A stretch of DNA of 54,022 nucleotides from Candidatus Yanofskybacteria bacterium RIFCSPHIGHO2_01_FULL_43_32 (GTDB lineage Bacteria > Patescibacteriota > Minisyncoccia > 2-02-FULL-40-12 > GWA2-44-9): positions 1 to 54,022 of the forward strand of contig MGJF01000001.1 of the NCBI GenBank assembly GCA_001794125.1, in the 5' to 3' direction. The position numbers and the translations under genes are program-made. The stretch's first letter is position 1; every line of letters starts with the position of its first letter. Positions 49,052 through 54,022 of the stretch are shown here, piece by piece. The notes under the pieces are model-generated. The model was not told where the DNA came from, made no database searches, and saw nothing but the letters and a program-made list of their open reading frames with translations.

Positions 49052-50293
49052 TTATTTACTAAAATCCTCTGGTCCGATAGCGGTAATGACTGCCTTTTCT
49101 GGAACCAGATAAGTATCTATAACCCTCACAATTTCATCGTATGAGATACTATTAATTTCAGAAATATATTCTTCTGGGGTGAAAAGTTTGGCTTGGGCAA
49201 TAAATCCAGCCGATAAAAAACCTGTTTGATTATAAGGGTTTGCGATACGAAGTTTGAATGCGCCAATAAGTCGCAACTTTATTCCGCTCAAGAGGTCTTC
49301 AGTGAATGAGCTTTTCAAATTATGAAAAATATCTTTAATCGCTTCAATGGTTTCCTTGGGCTTGCTTGTGGAAGTTTGAATTCTAAATAACCCGGCATCG
49401 TTAAAGGTCGTGTTGATTAAACCGACTGCATATACGAGGCCACGCTTGTGCCGAAGTTCTTCTGCAAGAACAGAGGATCCTCCAAAATTTAGAAAATTTT
49501 GTAATATATCTAATGCCGCCAATTCTTTAATTTTTTCGGCTGATATTGTCAAAAAATTGTAGGCTACGAGGGTTTGTTTTGTGTCTTTGGCGTAAAAATA
49601 AGGTCCTTGGTTAACAGAATTGAAGACCACGGACTGTACGATATCTGATTTTTCAGACGACCATTCATTAAAATATTTCTTAGCCAATACAATTGCCCTA
49701 TCGTGGTCCATGTTACCGGATATTACCAAAGCGGCGCGGCTGGGAAGAAGAAATTTTTCTTTATAGGTCCTAAGTTTGTCGCTACTTGCGCTCTTAATAG
49801 ATTCCACATCGCCCAGGATATTGGTTGCCAAAGGGTGGCCGCTAAATAGCTTTTCAAAGGTAAACCGTCCAAAAAAAGATTCGGTATTATCATCTGCTCT
49901 TTTCAATTCTTCAATAATAACTTTTTTCTCATTCTCAAGAGTTACGGAGTCTATTAAAGAGTTCAGGAACATATCGGATAATAATTCCAAAAGTTCTTCG
50001 GCGTAATTATCAGCGGCCTGTAATATCATTACAAGTGACTCTCTTGATGTGTACGCATTTTTATATCCTCCCTTGCTATCAATCTCTTGGGCAAGAAGAA
50101 CAGGGCTAGGACGTTTCGTTGTCCCTTTTAATAGCATGTGCTCAAGAATATGGGCATATCCTTTCTGGTGCTCTTCTTCATAACGAGAACCTGCCTTAAA
50201 AACTAACTGAATATCAACAATCGGGACTGATTTGTCCTCGTGGGTTATTATTCTAAGACCGTTGTCTAGAACAGATTCTTTGTATTTGCTCAT
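49052..50293 (-). CDS. M16 (pitrilysin/insulinase) family zinc peptidase
   Basis: LDNGLRII, AGSRYE, GYAHILEHMLLKGT (HxxEH), NAYTS, LRHKRGLVY. Confidence 0.95.
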   Translation of the reverse strand: MSKYKESVLDNGLRIITHEDKSVPIVDIQLVFKAGSRYEEEHQKGYAHILEHMLLKGTTKRPSPVLLAQEIDSKGGYKNAYTSRESLVMILQAADNYAEELLELLSDMFLNSLIDSVTLENEKKVIIEELKRADDNTESFFGRFTFEKLFSGHPLATNILGDVESIKSASSDKLRTYKEKFLLPSRAALVISGNMDHDRAIVLAKKYFNEWSSEKSDIVQSVVFNSVNQGPYFYAKDTKQTLVAYNFLTISAEKIKELAALDILQNFLNFGGSSVLAEELRHKRGLVYAVGLINTTFNDAGLFRIQTSTSKPKETIEAIKDIFHNLKSSFTEDLLSGIKLRLIGAFKLRIANPYNQTGFLSAGFIAQAKLFTPEEYISEINSISYDEIVRVIDTYLVPEKAVITAIGPEDFSK

Positions 50294-50314
50294 GTCGTAA
50301 TGTTATTAAAAAAA

Positions 50315-50339
50315 GAGGGTGTCCGCAAGGAACACCCTC
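50315..50339 (-). terminator. Terminator between the small peptide ORFs and the M16 peptidase
   Basis: gagggtgt(t)cc-ttgc-ggacaccctc followed by T7 on the minus strand. Confidence 0.7.
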
Positions 50340-50351
50340 GGCAGTACGGAG

Positions 50352-50429
50352 TTAGTTGGCCGCCTGCCCGTCGCCACCCGGCAGGTTTTCCTGCTCGGTG
50401 GCCGCTTCGTCGTCCCACCAGCGCCTCAT
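50352..50429 (-). CDS. Small peptide (25 aa) MRRWWDDEAATEQENLPGGDGQAAN
   Basis: SD GGAGGTGA 5 nt before the ATG; terminator follows the TAA. Confidence 0.6.
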   Translation of the reverse strand: MRRWWDDEAATEQENLPGGDGQAAN

Positions 50430-50496
50430 TGATATCACCTCCTCTCAAAGTGTCTTGATGAGATTGGGGACTGAGGGAAAAGGTGCGTGGCTCTGC

Positions 50497-50586
50497 CTAT
50501 TTGCAGGCCTCGACGCCCCCATCCGGTCTCCCGTCTTCCGGGAACGTGATGTCTCCGACTTCGCTGTGCTTGTGAAACAACCGCAT
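50497..50586 (-). CDS. Small peptide (29 aa) MRLFHKHSEVGDITFPEDGRPDGGVEACK
   Basis: SD GAGGTGA 4 nt before the ATG; lies downstream of a consensus-like promoter. Confidence 0.58.
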   Translation of the reverse strand: MRLFHKHSEVGDITFPEDGRPDGGVEACK

Positions 50587-50711
50587 GGTATCACCTCAAT
50601 CCTTTCTGCTCGATTTGCTCTATTCCGGAATACCGACGACTCGAGTCGGCATATTAAGCCCCATGCTCCGGCTTAGAGAAGGGGGTCAAGGCAGACCCAC
50701 CTCTGGTCTTA

Positions 50712-50740
50712 AATTTAACATGATTTATAGATTATGTCAA
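50712..50740 (-). promoter_or_regulatory. Sigma70-type promoter of the peptide/M16 unit
   Basis: TTGACA-N17-TAAATT with extended TG, on the minus strand. Confidence 0.65.
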
Positions 50741-50780
50741 GTATCGACTCTCGGGCGATTTTTGTGTATTATTTCATTAA

Positions 50781-52106
50781 ATGAATAAAGATAATTCAAA
50801 TTTACTGGAAAAAATAGTTTCGTTATGTAAACGCAGAGGTTTTATATTTCCGGGCTCGGAGATTTACGGAGGACTAAGGGGTACTTGGGATTATGGGCCT
50901 CTTGGTTCTGAATTAAAATTCAATCTCAAGCAATCTTGGTGGGATTACATGGTTCGCGAGCGCGACAATGTTTTTCCTATGAATGCGTCCATCATGATGA
51001 ATCCGCGAGTGTGGGAAGCATCGGGTCACGTGGCTTCATTCACTGATCCGCTTATAGAATGCAAAACCTGCCATGAACGTTTTCGCGCCGACAAACAAGA
51101 AGATATAAAAGAACACGAAGAAAGGCATGCTAAAAATAAAGAAAAAGTTGAATGGACTGAACCGAAACAGTTTAACATTCTCGTAGAAGCAAAGTTGGGT
51201 GTGATTGAGGGAGAAAAAACTACAGTATATTTGCGTGGAGAGATTACGCAAGGTGTACATGTTAATTTTAAAAACATTGTTGATTCCATGCACCCAAAAA
51301 TTCCTTTTGGTGTTGCCCAGATTGGAAAGGCCTTCCGCAACGAGATTACGCCTCGCAACTTTATATTTCGTTCGCGAGAATTTGAACAGATGGAAATGCA
51401 AACATATGTGAAGCCGGACGAAAAAGAAGCAATGGAAATGTTTGAAGCCATGAAGAATTTTAGAATGAAGTGGTATCTTGACCTCGGCATGAATAAAAAG
51501 AAACTTCGTTTTCGTGAGCATGCCCCGGATGAGCGGGCACATTATGCCAGAGCTGCTTGGGATATTGAATACGAGACCCCTTGGGGCTGGGATGAGGCAG
51601 AGGGAATTCATCATCGAGGCGATTGGGACCTCTCTCGACACTCGCAATTCAGCGGGCAGGACTTATCTTATTTTGACCAAGAAGCTAAGGAGAGGTTTAT
51701 TCCATGGGTTATCGAAACATCAGCCGGTGTTGAACGGCCACTGTTATATTTTTTGTTGGATGCATACACAGAAGAAGGTGATCGCGTGGTTCTTAAATTG
51801 CATCCAAAATTAGCCCCCTATAAAGCGGCGGTGTTTCCGTTGTTGAAAAACAAACCTGAATTGGTAGCTAAAGCCCAGGGAATATACAAAGAACTAAAAA
51901 ATAATTTCACAGTTGCTTGGGATGAGAGGGGAAATATAGGTAAGCGCTATTTTGCCCAAGACGAGATAGGAACCCCGTGCTGTATTACAATTGATTTCCA
52001 AACTCTTGAAGACGATACTGTCACCATCCGCGACAGAGATACGATGAAGCAGGAGAGGGTGAGGGCAGATGAACTAAATGAAATTTTAAAGAAAATGGCC
52101 GATTGA
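50781..52106 (+). CDS. glyS: Glycine--tRNA ligase (alpha2, eukaryote/archaea-type)
   Basis: CKRRGFIF..SEIYGG, WEASGH, QIGKAFRNEITP, REFEQME, IGKRY..QDEIGTP. Confidence 0.96.
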   Translation: MNKDNSNLLEKIVSLCKRRGFIFPGSEIYGGLRGTWDYGPLGSELKFNLKQSWWDYMVRERDNVFPMNASIMMNPRVWEASGHVASFTDPLIECKTCHERFRADKQEDIKEHEERHAKNKEKVEWTEPKQFNILVEAKLGVIEGEKTTVYLRGEITQGVHVNFKNIVDSMHPKIPFGVAQIGKAFRNEITPRNFIFRSREFEQMEMQTYVKPDEKEAMEMFEAMKNFRMKWYLDLGMNKKKLRFREHAPDERAHYARAAWDIEYETPWGWDEAEGIHHRGDWDLSRHSQFSGQDLSYFDQEAKERFIPWVIETSAGVERPLLYFLLDAYTEEGDRVVLKLHPKLAPYKAAVFPLLKNKPELVAKAQGIYKELKNNFTVAWDERGNIGKRYFAQDEIGTPCCITIDFQTLEDDTVTIRDRDTMKQERVRADELNEILKKMAD

Positions 52107-52280
52107 CCCGCTCAAGCTTTGCTTCACAAAATTTAGGCTGGTTGACAAGGTGGCCTTTTTAATAGTATAATATTAACTCAATCGTAGCTGTATTACCGTG
52201 GATTTCCAGACCCTTGACTAATTCGTATAAATAAGTTATAAAAAGCAGTAAGTTTTGTTGCTTGAAAACAAGGAGCTAAA

Positions 52281-53219
52281 TTGAATATCCGGAGAATTTT
52301 TGTCGTTTTGTTCGCGGCCGTTTTGACGGCGGCTTGCGGCAGAGATTCCAATTTCTCCATTCCGACCGCGCCCGGCGCGATTCCGGGAGAAAACAGCTGG
52401 CAGGGCAGAATTCCGTGGTCGCCTTACATGGTCATCCATAACGATGCCGGGGCATTATCCGGATACCAGACAGCTGTCAGAGAGCTGATGGCCCATGACG
52501 CGATACGCGGAGCAAGGGTCGGGATGTCCGAGTCCGAAGTTATGAATAACAGTCCGAACATCATCAACCAGTGGCTGGCCGCGCAGGGCCTGGAATTGTT
52601 GGTCATCGTGGACAATTACCTTTTGTTCCACGACAATCTCGAAGAGATAATGGACAGGGTTATCGCTTTGCATCCCGGAGCCACCACTTTTCAAATAGGG
52701 AATGAGATTACGACTATTCTTCCGAAGACCGGCCGGACCACCACCATTGAAGAATATATGAAAGCGTTCCGCCGCATTTACGACCATGTTTCGGTTAAAT
52801 ATCCGAACATTACGCTTGTAAGCCAGTCGACCATCAGCGCCGAAACATACGGCTCGCAAGAGCTTGAAAAAATGGTAGGCCTGGGATTGATCCGGATGTC
52901 TCCCCAACGGGTGATTATCGGGATGAACGTTTACGGCGGACCGACTGTCGCCGGCAACGCTTCGGTCATCAACTCGCAGCTTCGTTCGTACCGCGTTTGG
53001 GTGACGGAGAGCGGCTCGCTTGATCCCGACCGGCAGGTCGGCCATGTCGCGAACTCTTACCCGGCGCTTCGCAATCAGCTCCGCGCGGAGCGTATCTACT
53101 GGTACGCTCTTTGGGCGGGGGATACGGGACAGGATAACGGTTTCGGCCTCATCAAAAATCCTTACAACCCTCCGTTGTGGGAAAGCCCGCTTTACCAAAT
53201 TCTTACGGGAAAGAGATAG
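52281..53219 (+). CDS. Putative lipoprotein with clan GH-A-like TIM-barrel hydrolase domain
   Basis: Lipobox LTAA-C; FQIGNE and VWVTESG candidate catalytic glutamates; FGL motif; TTG start with aaggag SD. Confidence 0.7.
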   Translation: MNIRRIFVVLFAAVLTAACGRDSNFSIPTAPGAIPGENSWQGRIPWSPYMVIHNDAGALSGYQTAVRELMAHDAIRGARVGMSESEVMNNSPNIINQWLAAQGLELLVIVDNYLLFHDNLEEIMDRVIALHPGATTFQIGNEITTILPKTGRTTTIEEYMKAFRRIYDHVSVKYPNITLVSQSTISAETYGSQELEKMVGLGLIRMSPQRVIIGMNVYGGPTVAGNASVINSQLRSYRVWVTESGSLDPDRQVGHVANSYPALRNQLRAERIYWYALWAGDTGQDNGFGLIKNPYNPPLWESPLYQILTGKR

Positions 53220-53223
53220 GACA

Positions 53224-53910
53224 ATGAAAAAGTGTCTGCCGTTCATTACCGCGGGAATCTTGTTTTTTGCGCCCGGAGTTCACGCCCAGGACGCGCAGAA
53301 GAAACAAACCGAAGATATTGTGAATAAATCGGGAGGTTTGTATCTGGAATTTCGCCTCATTCACGATGAAGGAAGCGCCGGAAAGGCGGCGTTCGTCGCC
53401 AATTCAGCAGGCGTGGAAATGATGAACTATTTCGACAGGAACCGTCTCGGCATATCGGGCTACGCCGTCGCATATAAGAAATACCTGAACCATGACGGAG
53501 CCACCGGCCACTTCTTGGGAGGCAAGGCGTTCCGGGAATTCAAAACCGGCCCCGTCGGACTGAAGCTCGCCACGGGTTTTGAATGGGGAAATCCTTCCGG
53601 AAAGTTCGACAAGACGGGCTATTCATACGGCCCGGAAGGCAAACTCCTTTCGTACAGGCACGTTTTTGAAAAAAGAAATTCCGGTATTCCCGGAGTTAAA
53701 CCGTCGCATGACGCCGTTTGGCGCCCGGTCGCGGACTTCAGCGTGGTCAAACGCAGAAAAGCCGTTATCATAGAAGCGGGGATACGCGCGAACATTATGC
53801 GTTTCGGCGTGGACGACTACGATCTGGCGGGGAATGGATTCGCTTTCTCGTCCCGGGACAGGTTGACGGTAGTTCCGTCCGTATTCATAGGTCTCGGATT
53901 TAAGATATAA
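53224..53910 (+). CDS. Secreted beta-strand-rich protein, outer-membrane-barrel-like
   Basis: Signal peptide MKKCLPF...VHA; alternating hydrophobic strands; C-terminus SVFIGLGFKI. Confidence 0.65.
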   Translation: MKKCLPFITAGILFFAPGVHAQDAQKKQTEDIVNKSGGLYLEFRLIHDEGSAGKAAFVANSAGVEMMNYFDRNRLGISGYAVAYKKYLNHDGATGHFLGGKAFREFKTGPVGLKLATGFEWGNPSGKFDKTGYSYGPEGKLLSYRHVFEKRNSGIPGVKPSHDAVWRPVADFSVVKRRKAVIIEAGIRANIMRFGVDDYDLAGNGFAFSSRDRLTVVPSVFIGLGFKI

Positions 53911-53938
53911 CGGCCCCCAAAGGCCGTTTTTTGATGTC

Positions 53939-53967
53939 TTGACTTTTCCCACGAAAAAGAGTATAAT
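53939..53967 (+). promoter_or_regulatory. Sigma70-type promoter for a gene beyond the window
   Basis: TTGACT-N17-TATAAT. Confidence 0.65.
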
Positions 53968-54022
53968 TAAAGCATAGTCAGGGTACGGCAAGACATTCAG
54001 CTTTGCCCAACCCCCAAACAAC

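Noticed and set aside
50356-50788. Plus-strand ORFs 50356-50676 and 50585-50788
   Set aside because: No SD or motifs; the promoter, SD and terminator signals are all on the minus strand.

Overview
Bacterial chromosomal segment whose gene content fits a Patescibacteria/CPR (Parcubacteria-like) genome using the standard code (inference). It contains core translation genes (rplS, rpsA, rplT-rpmI-infC, valS, argS, ileS, eukaryote-type glyS, tsaD, smpB plus tmRNA), 8 tRNAs including a rare tRNA-Ile(UAU), ftsH, clpP, htrA, recO, gyrA with a 391-aa HNH intein, and an array of VirB2/TrbC-like pilins. Signals not explained by routine annotation: (1) two unannotated 29- and 25-aa peptide ORFs with strong Shine-Dalgarno sites directly upstream of an M16 peptidase, a RiPP- or signal-peptide-like layout; (2) a 302-bp GIY-YIG cassette with 19-bp terminal inverted repeats and a TCAA duplication that supplies its own -35 box; (3) many short palindromic and heptamer repeats inserted in-frame in essential genes; (4) two HTH/LAGLIDADG-like genes wedged between tRNAs; (5) a ~580-nt hairpin-rich ncRNA candidate after gyrA; (6) several dispersed structured repeat families; (7) an IleRS with an inserted histidine-phosphatase domain; (8) an mpg gene with an internal TAA. 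All calls come from reading the sequence and motifs by eye; no searches were run.
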